From assembly GCA_013239625.1 (NCBI GenBank), contig MU054220.1:6308626-6372625 (forward strand): a DNA stretch of 64,000 nucleotides, read 5' to 3'. This stretch comes from Lama guanicoe. Taxonomy: Eukaryota. The notes below the pieces were generated by a model, which was not told where the DNA came from, ran no database searches, and was given only the letters and a program-made list of their open reading frames with translations. The position numbers and the translations under genes are program-made. Below are positions 47,940-61,501 of the stretch, piece by piece; the first letter of the stretch is position 1, and every line of letters starts with the position of its first letter.

Positions 47940-50924
47940 ACAACAATGTTCCTCTTTAAATTCTTTTTTAAACTAAAGGAGATATATATTCAGTTTGATA
48001 CTATCCAACACTCAGAAATAATGTTTTACTGAATGCTGGGCAATAGTATAATAAAAGAACATCAAGTAGAAATACGTTTATACATTTATTGAAGGACTGT
48101 TTGTTTAAGCACAGAATCTAACCCACAGTCTTGATTAATGCCTACTACTGCTTGTACATTTTCATAGATCTGTATGTTTGTGGCCTGAGTTTTGAAAAGA
48201 AGTTGAGACTGTCATTATTTTTACATTTCTACACTTTGGAACTTCACACAGTGAAAAGATCATGGGCATTTGGATCCATGGATTCAAGTCTTAGATTGCA
48301 ACCTGACAAGGGTTATTCTGATGATACTGTTTTGATAGAGCTATGTAGAAGAAACTGTATAAAAATACAGAACCTTTGTTTTATAACTAAGAATGTAAGC
48401 CGCAGAAAACCCTGACCCTTTCCATATCCTTAATCCTCACCACAATTACGAATGATACCAATTTTCTAAATTAAAGAGTTATTAATGATTCAATTTGTTT
48501 AACCATTTGATATTTTATAAAAGAATTCACTACATTTAGATGTATATACAAATATGTTTTAAGAAATATATGTGTGTGTGTAGTACACACAATTAAATTC
48601 ATTGCATTCCTTTTTTAAAATATAGGTCCAAAGAATTTTAATATGTCAAATACAATGTATCGATGCTAGTAAAAATGCTGAGAAAATTGGTAAAATGTTT
48701 AATTGGGGATTCATTGTGCAGTGTGGATCGAAGCCTAAGAGATTAAATTATGGTCCAAATAGACTTCAATCACTCCAGATGTCTTCAATCTATCCCCCAC
48801 ACAATATGGTTGGCCCAGAGAAAAGAGCTTAATAAGCTTTCAAAATATTTGTTAAATGGATGGAGTTAGCATAATCATAACTCTATAAAAAGGAAAAAGT
48901 ATTTTTACTTCTTGATTTTTAAATAAAACCCAGAATAAGCCTTATTACTAGATAGCTAAGTCTATTTAATGATTAAACTAATTTGAGATATAGACCATTA
49001 AGTTACAGTTAGTTTTTCAGAGAATGAAAAATTTGCTTAGAGTGATTTATGATTCTTTCAGGAATGTATTAGATTTGTAAATGTGTGACTCCATGACGTC
49101 TTTTTGGGTGCTTTCTTGCAAACAAACCACACATACCTTTCACTCCAGTCTTTTTGACCACCTATCATCTTTTCCAGCCCTACACTAGCCCAAATTTACC
49201 CTAAAGCAGGATGTTAGAAGTACAGTGGGTACCAGAGATGGGGTTACTCTCAGAAATGGGTAAGAATATTGTTTCTCCAACTTCATAGTAATTTTTTTGA
49301 ACTTAAAAGTTTAATAGTTTATAGGTTGGGTAATATTAAAAGGCCTAGTTGTTAAAATTAGCCCTTTCAAACAGGATATGCCAAACAATCCTGCTTCTGA
49401 AATAACCTGCTGAATAAGAAGACTAATTCAAAATGCACATACCAGGAATATATGACATGAAGCATCTCATGAATCCATCTAACCTTTAATTTTTTCATAG
49501 TTCAAAGGGCAAAATTATTCTCAAAAAACATTAGTCTCAGGTGTTTGTGGTGGGAATTAAATAACAGTACGAGCTTAATGCATGTCTTTCTTCCCTTCAT
49601 TCACTGCTACTTGGCGACCTCTCGTTTTGTACAAACCAAATACAGCACTTCCAACCTGTCCCAGTCAGACGTGCAAGCTCTTGTCAATTTCTGTCTGTGT
49701 TTCCATGGAAATCAGTGAGGCAGGAGTTAAATACATCTGGCTTGGCCAGCAAGGTCTTTGAAAGGGCTCGGGTCAACAGGAGCTCAGCTGAACAGGAGCT
49801 CAGCAAAGTTCTGATATGTTCTTGGTGTATTTTTTTTCTCATAAATATTTGTAACTGTTTATGCTTCGTTAGTTTAGAAAAAAATCTCTTTGAAGAGGAT
49901 TCAGTTTCAGTAATCTATAATGACAGGAATTATCCTCACTTGATAATCTGGATGATTTGGAAGGCAGGGGATAGTATGATTTCTTCCCTTTTGCTTAGAT
50001 TGTCTTTTCTCAGCTAATCTCAAGATTAGCATCACGTGATTGTGATGCAGGGTGGGTTTCCACATATCAGACAACATGGATTTTACTTTCCACATACAAA
50101 ACTTGCCTTTGACTCACCGTATTTTTCAAGAAAATAAACACCAGGGTTTCTCTGTATGTTTAGACATTGGAATATGGCTCCTTAATATAAAGAAAGTCAG
50201 AAAACCCATATTTGAAGATTTTGGAGAGTTTTTATTTTGTGCCTAAATCTATCTTCCTGTAGGTCTGAGAGGGAGTTTCCAAAATAGCCTGGCAGCTGAA
50301 TCAAATGTAATAAATTGTTTTGGACATTTTATCAGCAACTGTTCCCAAGAGTGATTGTTAATATGACATGATCCCTGCCCAGATTTCAGGGCTTGAAATA
50401 AGACGGTGGTGGCAGGTAAGATAAATTTAATATATCAAAGAGGCTGAGAACCTTTTGAGAAACTATATATAGTGAAAATAGGTTTTATTTTTAATTTTAT
50501 TTATTTTGTAGCCAGCAGGGAAATATTCATCTTTCTCAGCAAGGCAGATTCCATCAGGGTCAAGAACGAGCACAAACGTTTTAGTAAATGAGTAGTGGGG
50601 CTGACATTCTTCCCTCTAATGGAAGTTAAGATAGGAAGGGACAGCAGCAGGACAGTTGCCCAAAGAAAATTTATTCTTATTTTAATCTAAATAATGTGGA
50701 GTTACCTGGGCAGTCTTACTAAAAATTATACCAGATGAGCTTTTTATAGGTGATTTCAAAAAAGTGCTTTCTATTTTAGTGTGAGTAGTAAGTCCATAGA
50801 GATGCTTTTCCTTCTTAATGACTTGTATTGAGGAATGACTGTCTCTGGAAAAAAAAAATAATCAAACGATTTGTTGAATAAATCAAAACGTGTTTTCTAT
50901 ATATTTACGTCTCTGTTGAGAGCT

Positions 50925-51582
50925 GAAATCCTCATCTCTCTTAATTAGTCTCTTTGCACCTAGGTCTTCTTCCTTTGCAAATCCATCCTCCACAGTATTT
51001 GAAGAGCAAGCCATCAAAAAACGCACATGGAGTCGTGTCACTCTCCTGCTGTGAACTTTCCTCTGCATGTTCATCATTTCCAGGAAGGAATCTTAAGTTC
51101 CTTAACCAGGATCTCACAACTCCATGACTCAGATATTTCTTTCCTCTTCAACCTCATCTTCCACACACTCTTCTCATATCCGAAGTGTGTCAGCTCTACC
51201 CAAGACTAATGCAGTTAATGATCCAGCCTGAATCCTGACCCCGTCCTCTTATCTCCAGCTTATGGTCCCCATCCTCTATCCACACCCTGTTTCTAAAATC
51301 TCGATAAATTGACTTTGATCTCACTTGTTACTTCTAACATTTTCCCATACACAACTCACTCACACAGTAGGTTGGGCTTCATGTTCTACTGTACTTCTGT
51401 AACACTCTGTAAAACTCTAAATCACTACATTATACTAACGTTATCTTTTTTCCTATGAATTTACCTCTCACCAGAGTGCAGATTCTATAACAGAGAGCTT
51501 ATTTATCATGTTGTATTGAGATCTTAGATTTTTGCTTAGCATAAATTGATGCTCAACTAATATTTCTTGAACAAAAATGAAC
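50925..51582 (+). mobile_element. L2 LINE 3' region
   Basis: 'aatccatcctccacag...tgtcactctcctgct...tgctcaactaatatttcttgaac'. Confidence 0.7.
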
Positions 51583-53154
51583 TAAAGTTCTGGAGGAGGG
51601 GATGTTCTACATTCAGGTGACCTCTGGAGAAAAATGCATGTTGGAATAGAGAATAAGAAAAAATCCTTTTAAAAACTAGTCAAATTTCTCTGCTAAGAAA
51701 ACTCAGGCTTAACGGGTCTGCCTACATATGGTTTCTTACAATAGATACTTAGAATGTAGGGAAAAAAATGCCTCCCGGAACAGATAATAGAAAGAGGATG
51801 GCTTTTAAAGCCTACAAGCGCTGTGGATTCTATCACCCAGCAGCCAAATACAAAAGAGTCCCTAAGTGTCCCTTTCTCCTTCCCCTTCTTTGGCTCCCAC
51901 AGGGAATTTTGGATGAACTATCCCTGCCCTTAGGTAGAGAGAGTTTTCCATATGTTTCACTGGCACGGCCATTCATGATTGCTCGCCGACCAGCACGGGA
52001 TGATGATTCATCACAACCTAAAGTATTCAGAGCCTCAGCTGAAAAGATCATTCCCAAGGTGTTATTTAGAACCTAGGATTCATTTAGTTTAGAGAAACTA
52101 AACACCATCATCTAATTCAGTTTGGGGGAGGAGGACTCAGTTATTCTGCCTCTTGATTGCCTGTCTCTTGGTAAGGATTTGATATAAAGAGATGCTGAAT
52201 GTCTGGGCATTTTTATGAGATTTTATTTTTTCCAAACAGGTGTTCTGTTAAACTCTTTATGGGAGTGAGAGGGCTGGCACAAAGGCGAGCGGAGGGAAAG
52301 GGAGGTTTTAGAAAGAGCTGAAAGGCAAACAGATTGGACTTTGATTGTTCTGGATAGAGTGACAGAAAGAATAATGGGTGAATCTCATTCTGTTTGGTTG
52401 GCAATTTATTGGAGTGTAGGATTGTCAAGCTGATTTCAGAGCCCTGAAACAAAGGAGAAGAAACTGGCTATGATGGGTGCTTAGATATCTCCTGTGATTT
52501 AAGGCTTGGGGATCTGCGTACCCTGAGAAATTCCTACCAGAAGTGGAGGAAATGCTAACTCAGTGTGAGGATTTGGCTCACCACCTTGAAAGCAGTTTCT
52601 CAAGCACTTTGTAAAATGACTTGGCACATTTGGCTGCAAACTAAGGGAGGAGAATTGCTGTTGGTCCAGAAATCAGGTTTGTGTAAGAATCTGAATGTCC
52701 TGCTGGGATAACTTTCTCCCGGGGCTGATAACCTTTTGAATGAGGGACCATAGCTCATTAAGGCAAATGCGAACCTGATAGCTGGGAATCCATACGGCAG
52801 GGAGGCCTTTGCACGCTTTCCGTGGCTAGTATCGCCGATGTTCAGGGATCAAATACGAGTCGGGCTGCTGAGAATAGATGCCTGGGTCACATTTCCAGAG
52901 CCTGTATCTAGTGTTTAAAGAAAACAGTCTAAAAAAGAAAATATATGTACAGTATGTATGGGTATATGTATGTATATGTAAGATGCAAACATACACGTAC
53001 AGATACAATGGCAGTGACGATTCTCCTTCATTTCACATGTGAAGACTTTAAAACTCAGAAGTGTTAAATAAGTTATAAAATTATAATGCAGAGCTAAGAT
53101 TTAAGCTTACATGTATCTGATTCAACAGTTATAATCTTTCCATTGTGTGTAGCT

Positions 53155-53340
53155 GAGCTTCCCAAATACTGCTTGGCTGTCTATCTGGGAACTTCCTTTA
53201 AACAGTATAGCTTATTCGACTTACTCCTCTGCCTTGTCCAATATTCTAATTTAGTAGGTCTTCGGTGAAGGCCCCAGGCTTGGTAATTTGTAATCATGTC
53301 CCAGGAGATACGGATTTTCCTCCAGGTTTGGCTACCTCAT
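53155..53340. mobile_element. MER5-like hAT MITE
   Basis: 'attctaatttagtaggtctt..gtgaaggcccc...tcccaggagat...ccaggtttgg'. Confidence 0.55.
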
Positions 53341-53675
53341 ATCACATCACACAGTAAAGGTAAGGGAACTGGACAGGAGTGGCGACGTGCAAAGTCATGC
53401 TTCTGTACCACGTATGCGTTATGTGACTGTGTGCTGAACTCTCTAGTCAGCAAAAGCCTTGCCACCCAATGCATTATTCCTGTAATGGCACCGTCCCTGT
53501 GTCTTTGGATTACTCAAGACACATTGTAGTGAGATGTAAAGAACACAGGCTCACAGAAACATGGATTCAAGTGACTCTGGCTCTTAACCAGATTATTTTT
53601 TAATTAATAAACCATAGAACTTACACAAGTTTCTCAGTCTCTATTAGCTTCATTCCTAAAATGGGCATCATCCAT

Positions 53676-54065
53676 TGTACTGGTTTTCTAGGGCTGCCAT
53701 AACAAAGAACCACAGTCTGAGTGATTTAAACAATGGAAGTTATTTTCTCACTCTTCTGGAGGCCAGAAGTCCAAGATCAAAGTGTCAGCAGGACTGGTTT
53801 TCTTCGGAAGCCTCTCTCCTGGGCTCGTAGGTGCCTGTCTCCCTCCAGTGTCCTCACATGGTCTTCCCTCTGTGTGTATCCGTGTCTTGATTTCCTCTTC
53901 TTATTAGGATACCAGTCATTTTGGGTTAGGGGCCACCCTGATCACCTCACTTTAATTTAGTTACTTCTTTAAAGATCCTATCTTTAAACACAGTTACATT
54001 CTGAGGTACTGGGGGTTAGGACTTCAGTATATGAATTTTGGAGGGACACAATGCAGACCATGACA
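53676..54065 (-). mobile_element. MaLR solo LTR, MLT1B-like (390 bp), inserted in a MIR
   Basis: TG...CA ends, perfect 5-bp TSD TCCAT (53671-53675, 54066-54070); MIR sequence on both sides. Confidence 0.92.
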
Positions 54066-54524
54066 TCCATATTCCACTTCATTTGAGAGGCTATTTTAAA
54101 GAGTGAATTAAACAGCACACATTAATTTGGCTTGTAAGCTTAAAGGTATTTATACAGAAGTTAAATTTTATTTAAAGTTTTAAAATTCTCTTTTAGATTA
54201 TTATATATTTCAAATTATACTAGTAAAGCACAAATATCAAAATGATATGTCTTTGGCTTAGGTTAAATTATTATTCCCTTTTGCCAAAGCAGATTATCTT
54301 TCTCTACATTCTCTTCCTTGTCTAGAATTAAGGTTAGTTAGCAACCAAACATAGCTGGGTAGAGTAGATGAGAGGAGTAAGTAATTTAATGTGGTAGTCT
54401 AATTTTTATATAATCTCCTAATATAGACATATACACACGTCTTCATATAATTTACCAAGCAGATAAAAGCCTAACATTTCCAGCAGCAACTGTGAAAGTG
54501 TCAATGCTCAACAGGCAGGAAAAA

Positions 54525-54760
54525 GTAATAATAGCTTTGCTGAGTGCTTATTTTGAGCCAGGCAGTATTATCATAAGCATGTAATATTCGACATTGTTTA
54601 GTTGAATCCTTCCCAAACTTTATGGGTACTATTTTTGTACCCATTTTAAATTGGGAAAAAATAAAGGTCAGTCAGAGGCATTAAATATTTCCATAGGTCA
54701 CAGGAGTAATAGTAGAGCTGGGATTCAGATTTAGTTTTGCCTGATTCCTGAGCCCAAGTT
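54525..54760 (-). mobile_element. MIR SINE
   Basis: 'tgagtgcttattttgagccaggca...cccattttaaattggg...ggtcacag...agagctgggattc'. Confidence 0.7.
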
Positions 54761-56677
54761 TTATCAGCCAAAGGCATCATCCTTCACCAGATGTCCCATC
54801 ATGCAGCTATACTGGGTATTAAATCATGCATTTTTCTATTTGAAATTAGGCCTACTGAGAATGCTGCTTTCCGGTGTCCAGGTAATACAATTGTGTGATA
54901 GCAGATTTTCTCCAGTAAAACTCCAGAAGTCGAACGCGCAGGACCAGAACATGTAATAAAAACTCAGAGTTCAGACCCTGCTATTTTGAACATGATTATA
55001 TAAACGGCTTATAAAATGCTACTTCACATTTACTGTTTTCCAGAACACAAAAGTAATACACTAATGAACATAAATATCACACACACACATGCACATGCAC
55101 CATGTCATAACAGCTTTAAATGCCAAAAATAACAGTACGATTTTTGTGGGGCAAGTTACTTATCTATTTTAGATACCAGCCATGTTCAAGGGTTTGAATT
55201 TAAACTCTTAGTGAATTTTTATTTAGCGATTTTATTTCACCAGGTTATTTCCCCTCATGTCTAGATGGAAGAAACTCAGGAGAGGAAAACAAGCTTCATT
55301 TTGACTCAGATATATTATTCAGAGTATTCCTTAAAAACAGAGCCTAATTTATTGTTTTGAACAATCTGAAGTGAAAACAAGCAATAAATTTTGTTCTGGG
55401 CTCTTCTCCCTCTGGTAACTGGCTTATGTCATAAAGTTTTATTTCACCTGAATTTTCTCATTGCATTTGAAGATCAATCATAGCCCCTAGTGTATTCTTC
55501 TTTTATATACATGCTTTTTTTTTTCTTCCACTGTTCTTTTTTTTTTAGTGTGTGGTTATAATTCAGCTTTTTCCTTTTTTGGTTTTGCCTTAATATTCTT
55601 AAACTAAATTTAATTCTCAGGAATAGTAACTAAGTAGTCGAGTGCTAACAATGTGGCAGATAGGGGCTGAGGGGTAGGTCTCTACACATAAGCTTATCTG
55701 CAGGGTGATGAATGTCTCATGAAACGCAGTTGAATTTTAGGGGGTCATGCTTTATAAAAGTGCAGACTACATCCCTTGAACTGCTTGATTATTTTCTGAA
55801 GAGGTATCTACTGGAATGGAACTTTATTTTCAAGGTGGAAGCACCTGCATGTGATTTATGTACTCCTTATGGGACTTTGCATGAGATCCTTTATACATAT
55901 TTTATTTGTGGGTTTTCTCTCGCTATTAAGGCTAATGTAGAAATGATCACAACTTGTTAACTAAAACTTGTGTCAGTCAGAAGCCAGACAACCCATTGGG
56001 TGATAGACAGCACTGGGACAGCCAAAGTAAAATATCTCTGTTGTTGGAGGATGGGGAGTGGGGAAAAAGTCATAAACTCAGCAATAACGTTGAAAAATTA
56101 CTATTCAAGGAGCACTAATCAAGAAATACAAAGAAGCTAACACCTCTGTTGAGCCACATAATTATTTCTTCTAGTGGTGCGAACAAGTAAGAAATAGTCT
56201 TATAACAATTTTAATGTTTATAATACAGTTTATTGTCTATAATCACTGTACTGTGTATTAGATCTAATTAGATTAGATTAGTATGTACACTTAAACATGG
56301 GATGTTCAGTTGTTAACCACATTAGTGATTTAGAAGTTTCATTCCACAAAGAAATAAATGTCTCATTAATTGGCAATGATTTTATGCCATATCTATGAAA
56401 CAAAGAAGTCTTTGTAATGTAATAATGACATGAACTGACCAAAATGTATACTGTTGATCATTATGAAGAATTAATTATGAATTAAGAAAATGTTAGCTTA
56501 TTACTATCTGGCATTTGTGTAGTTTCTGTACTGTTTCAGAGTAATAGGTAAAATATTACCAAACACAGGGAAAAATAATTTTTAAAAAATACCAAGAAGA
56601 AAAAAAAGGGAAGAAGAGCAATTCCTTTTTTTTCTTTATTCATGATATCTATGAACTAAGACTGTTTTTGGAGATAG

Positions 56678-57044
56678 TGAATTAATTAAACAAGGAGGCC
56701 ATCAGATTGAGGTGACTCTAATTAATGTCTTGGTGCCTGTGTAAGCCAACTGAGACCTTAGCCAAAGTCAATTCCTAGAAATGAATTTGTATCAAGAATA
56801 AGAAATTTAAATAACCAGTCACAAGCAGCCAACTATGCTTTCCCAAATAAGGTAACTACTTCAGCGATGACCAGCAAAATAATTCCTTTGTCTAGCTTCA
56901 GAGAAGACACCAGGAAAGTCTGTCCCCTGGCTCCTAAATCAGAGCCCTCCAGCCACTTTTGGCTTGGTGCTTTCCAGTTTGAATCCATATTTGCTCAAAT
57001 AAACTCTTGAAGATTCTGGTGTACTTCTCAGCTTATCTTAGACA
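56678..57044 (+). mobile_element. ERV1-like solo LTR (MER34/MER39-like group)
   Basis: TG...CA ends; 'aacaaggaggccatcagattgaggtg', 'tttcccaaataagg', and 'tttgctcaAATAAActc' near the 3' end. Confidence 0.6.
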
Positions 57045-57724
57045 GAAGCATGATTTGGATAGGAAATTAGAAAGAAATCTTTTTAATAGTAAAATATTTA
57101 CTTGGTTTCATTCATGCTGGGGACTGTGGTCTTGATTCCTGGAAAGGCGAACTGATTCAACCGGGGTATTCAGCATAAGAAAATTTAGGGTGGCGCTGAG
57201 GATTAGCTAAGTAGAGATTCAGGTGATACTTGGCACCAGATTCCTTTAAGATGTGTTAAATGTGGTTGTGTATCTGAAACTCTCAGAATGGATATTTTGC
57301 TTTCAAGAACTTGAGATTATAAATATTTTGAGGAGAAACCTAACTAAAGGTAAAGAAAAGACCTCCCTGACCCCTTGAGCCTTCATCCTACCCTCTGGTT
57401 CTATGAGAAAATGTCATTGCCACACTTGAAGATGCTCCAGGGTTGAGATTATGACCAAATGAACGGAGGAAAATGTTTTCACCCATTGTAGACATGGAGC
57501 CTCAGGTAAGAAGAAGGTGCACTTAAGCCTAGCTGCTCTGAGGCAGTGAGAGGGGGAAGGGGCCTAATATTAGCCCCTGAAATGGAGAAGTGACATGGGG
57601 ACAGCTAGAGGCACAAAGGGGAGCTTTCTGTGTACTTTTTATAATCAATGGGCTAGAAGCAGAGATGATATATCATGGTGGATGGGACTCAGAGAGGTCC
57701 AACGTGAGCACCCACTTCCCTGCC

Positions 57725-58166
57725 TGTGATAGGAGGAGTGATGTCCCAGAGATACCCAGGCCCGACCCCTGGCACCTGTCAATGTCACCTTGTATGGCAA
57801 AGGCGATTTTGCAGGTGTGATCTTGAGATGGGGAATTTATACTACAGAAGAGAAGGCCATGGGACAGAAGCAGAGTCAGAGAGAGAAAAGATGCTACATT
57901 GCTGGCTGTGAAGACGGAAGGAGCTGTGAGCCAAGGAACCTTCGGAATACAGCTCTAGAAGGTGGAAAAAGCAGGAAATGAATTCAATGCTGGAGACTAC
58001 CATGGCCGGCTGACACTTTAACTTTAGTTCAGTGAAACTGATTTCAGACTTCTGACCCTCAGAATTTCAAGAGAATACATTTGTATTGTGTTAAGTTACT
58101 AAGTTTGGGGGAAGGGTATAGCTAAGTTTATAGTAACTTGTTATAGCAGCAACAGAGAACGGATAT
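57725..58166 (+). mobile_element. MaLR solo LTR, MLT1D-like
   Basis: 'atggcaaaggcgattttgcaggtgtgat...tgctggctgtgaagacgga...cagacttctgaccctcagaa...ttgttatagcagcaa'. Confidence 0.85.
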
Positions 58167-59959
58167 TATCACCCATAAAGAAGATTAACTAGGAGGCCTC
58201 CCCCTTATTAATTCTGAGTGATTCTGCAATACTGACCGTAGGCAGGCAGAGACTTGTTAAGTACCTTCAGAGAGAGAAGAGAAGAGAGAGAAATTTTCAG
58301 TGACTTCTAGAATTCTCCACCAACACCAGTTTGTGCAGAAGCTATTTATAGGCTTGGCCTTCAGGCTACTGCCTTTTTTCTTTCTTTTCTTTTGCTTTAA
58401 AAAAAACCACAAACTTTTATTTTTTATGCTCAGAAGTCGATAAACTGTTTCTTTAGCTGTATATATAAAGTACAACGCTTGAGAAAATGTTGCTGTTCAT
58501 CAGAAAAGAGATGCGACTTCTGTGAACAAGCAAATTTAAAATGTGTGAGAGACCAGTAATAAAAGAGTTGTGAGCTGAGCTCACAAGGAATAGACTGCCT
58601 CCTCCCTCGAGGGACTGGCCTTCTGATATGAGTGAAGGCTCTTTTTGTTCAATTAATGAATATTTAAAATAAAAGCTCAGGTTTATTTTAGATTCAGCTG
58701 CATTTCCTTACTTGCTATAGAAGCTAGTATTGGGAAAGGTGTAAGGTTTAATGTATGTATATGGATGGGTGGATCTTAATAGACCATGAATACTATCAAT
58801 TATTATTAATTTGTCTGATCAAGTTTTCAATGAAAGATATTTTCCCTAAGATATATTTCTGATTATAATTATAGTATCTTCTCCCTAGGAACTTAGATTG
58901 GATATGGACCAGAACACGGGGATCATATAATAATCAGTTGACATTAAAACAAAAATATGCTAGTAGAACTGTATTGAAGAGTGCCTAGAACTATGCCATT
59001 TTTCCTAGTGACACTAGAAATATGTTTAGCCAGCAAATTGACAGACTGGAGAATTCAAAGCAGAATTCAGAGATAGAATTTAAATGATAACAACCATATA
59101 ATGTAGCTACGTATTGTAATTCATGTCCAATTTTTACCTATGAAATCACCAATAAAAGTGGAAATCAATCTTTTCTTTAACAGTCCACACAGAAACATAT
59201 TTTGGATCATTGCAGAATTAGCCTGTTGCTGTTACAAGGAATTAGTGACTGGAACTGTCTGGGTAGTGTATTTAGAAGGAAATATTACGCGAGATGTTCA
59301 AACATTAGTGTGCATGGGAAAATTATGTGAAGATCCATGCTTTCTATTAGTTGTGGTAATGTATTTAGAATCAAGGCTGACTGTAAGAGGCTTTTGTATT
59401 TGCAAAAAAGGAAGATACAGAAAGTTGCTATATATTTTCTGTAGCCTCTACCAGAAGATGAAGTTGATGGAATGGCTTATGGTCTGGATTTGACATATTT
59501 TTTTTATTGTAACATTAATGAAAATGGAAACAGTGTGCAAGGTGAAGCCAAGATGCCTCTTCCAAATGTGATCCAGTGATCTGGAGAAACACTGTCTGTG
59601 GTGACATCACCATATTCACAAAACGAATATCCACTCATGCCTGGTGGATGTGATAACTGTCAAGCCGTCTTCCTATTTTAAAGCCAGGGTTTTATTTCCT
59701 GGAAAACTGCCTGGTAATTACACCATCCAAAACTTTAACACAGACTCTTTTGCTTTATACTCAAACCATGAATATCATGTAGTAGTGTCATAATTTATTT
59801 TTAATGTCGACTTATTTAATGCTACTGTTACCTAACATTGTGGTAGTCTTCATGGAGGAGATAATAAATAAGTATTTAAATTTCTCTTGTTAGGAGGTTT
59901 ACCATTAGGAATAAGTAAGATTTGTGCATGCCAAATAGAAAATAATGATGCAGAACAAA

Positions 59960-60440
59960 AAAGTCCCCACGTGAGTTACCTTACTTCGCCCTGGTCTGCT
60001 CACGAACCAGCCTCGAACTCCCTCTCCGTACTTCAGCACTATGGGCTTTGTTTCTTTTCCTCAAATCCCTTTTGCTTTCTCTACTTATTGGTTCCTTGCA
60101 TGAGCTTTTCCTCTGGTGGAATACTCTTCTTCACCTCATGCCAGTTCACTTAATTAACTCTTTCTCTTTGTTCAGTCTCAGCTTAAACATGCTTCTTTAG
60201 TGAATTCTTTCATGATCTCGCTTCCTTCTCATCTGTTTTCTTTTAAAACCGTATAACTCTATATTGTAATTCCTATTTCAGTTTTCTGTTAGATATGTGT
60301 GGGATTAAAACAAAACTCACATCTGTTTTCTTCACGAGACTGTAAAATATGTATTTCATTCCCATTTGATTCCAAGCCTCCTTGAGAATTTCTTGGCTAC
60401 CGGTAGGTGAATCATAGACATAGGTAGAGTGATTGAAGCC
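59960..60440 (+). mobile_element. L2 3' region
   Basis: 'gtctcagcttaaacat', 'gagactgtaaa', degenerate 3' tail. Confidence 0.5.
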
Positions 60441-60604
60441 CAGTACTGTTTTGGGGAATCTGAGCATGGAAGCTCAGTGCTAATGGGCTTTGAGATGGTA
60501 CAGAAGGACGGAGGGTGATGCCTACATAAAGCATGATTTTAGTTGTTTTAAGGCTTTAGAAAAGACATAGGGTGAGAAGATTCTCAAAGTGGAGAAGTCT
60601 TTAC

Positions 60605-60760
60605 ATGTATCACCTTTTGGAGCTAGAAAGCTCAAGTTTGAACTTCAGTTGAGTCAATTACCAGCCTTTGGCACTTTATTTTCCTTCTCTAAGATTTGTC
60701 TTTTTAATCTTTGAAATAGATGCAATAATGGCTTGCATCATGAGTTGTTATAAAGCAGTA
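60605..60760 (+). mobile_element. MIR SINE
   Basis: 'ttttggagctagaaagctcaagtttgaac...atctttgaaatag'. Confidence 0.5.
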
Positions 60761-61501
60761 GCTTCCAATCATTTGCATTCTGTCTTTACAGTTTTTGAAT
60801 ATCTGTGTTTCACCAGTATTCAAAATTATTTTTTCTTTAATTTTTCCTTCTCTCCCCTCTTTTTAAAAAAGTTAATCTCTTTTTGAACTAGAATATCTGT
60901 AAAATCATGTTTTTGTTCTGCTAGCTATAGTTTTTCTGGTGTGTATTATATATACACTTAGATATTTGAAATGTTCATAATAAATCTGCAAACCACTCAT
61001 AATTATCCCATATGCCAACAACAGCTAGAAAAGAAACACAGAACAAGGAGGTTAGGAAAGTAGGGAATACACAGAAGATACCTTAATCCAATCACTCTGC
61101 CCTCCCAGACTCAAGTCTTTTATGAGACTTTGCCCTTCTCTGAGCATAGGTTAAAGCTGAAATGCTGAGACAAGAAAATACAAATGTTGGTTGCTTTACT
61201 TAAATAGAATTTTCAAAGAAAATATCGTATATTATTTATAATTCTTAAAAAGCCTTTTTATTATGTTCTATTTCACATTTAGTCACAATCTTGTATTTCC
61301 GGTTGGTCATTAATTACTACCACTGTCGCCACTACTAGCTAACCTGTACCCAAGATTTAAGAACTTTATCTACATCATAAACATTAGATATGTATTAGTT
61401 TGGCCACTAATTTAAATGGAGAAAGGTAAGTTCAGAGAGGTTTATGTAACCTGTACTGATTTATTACTCTTGGGATGGGTGACAGCTAACTCAATGCCAT
61501 C

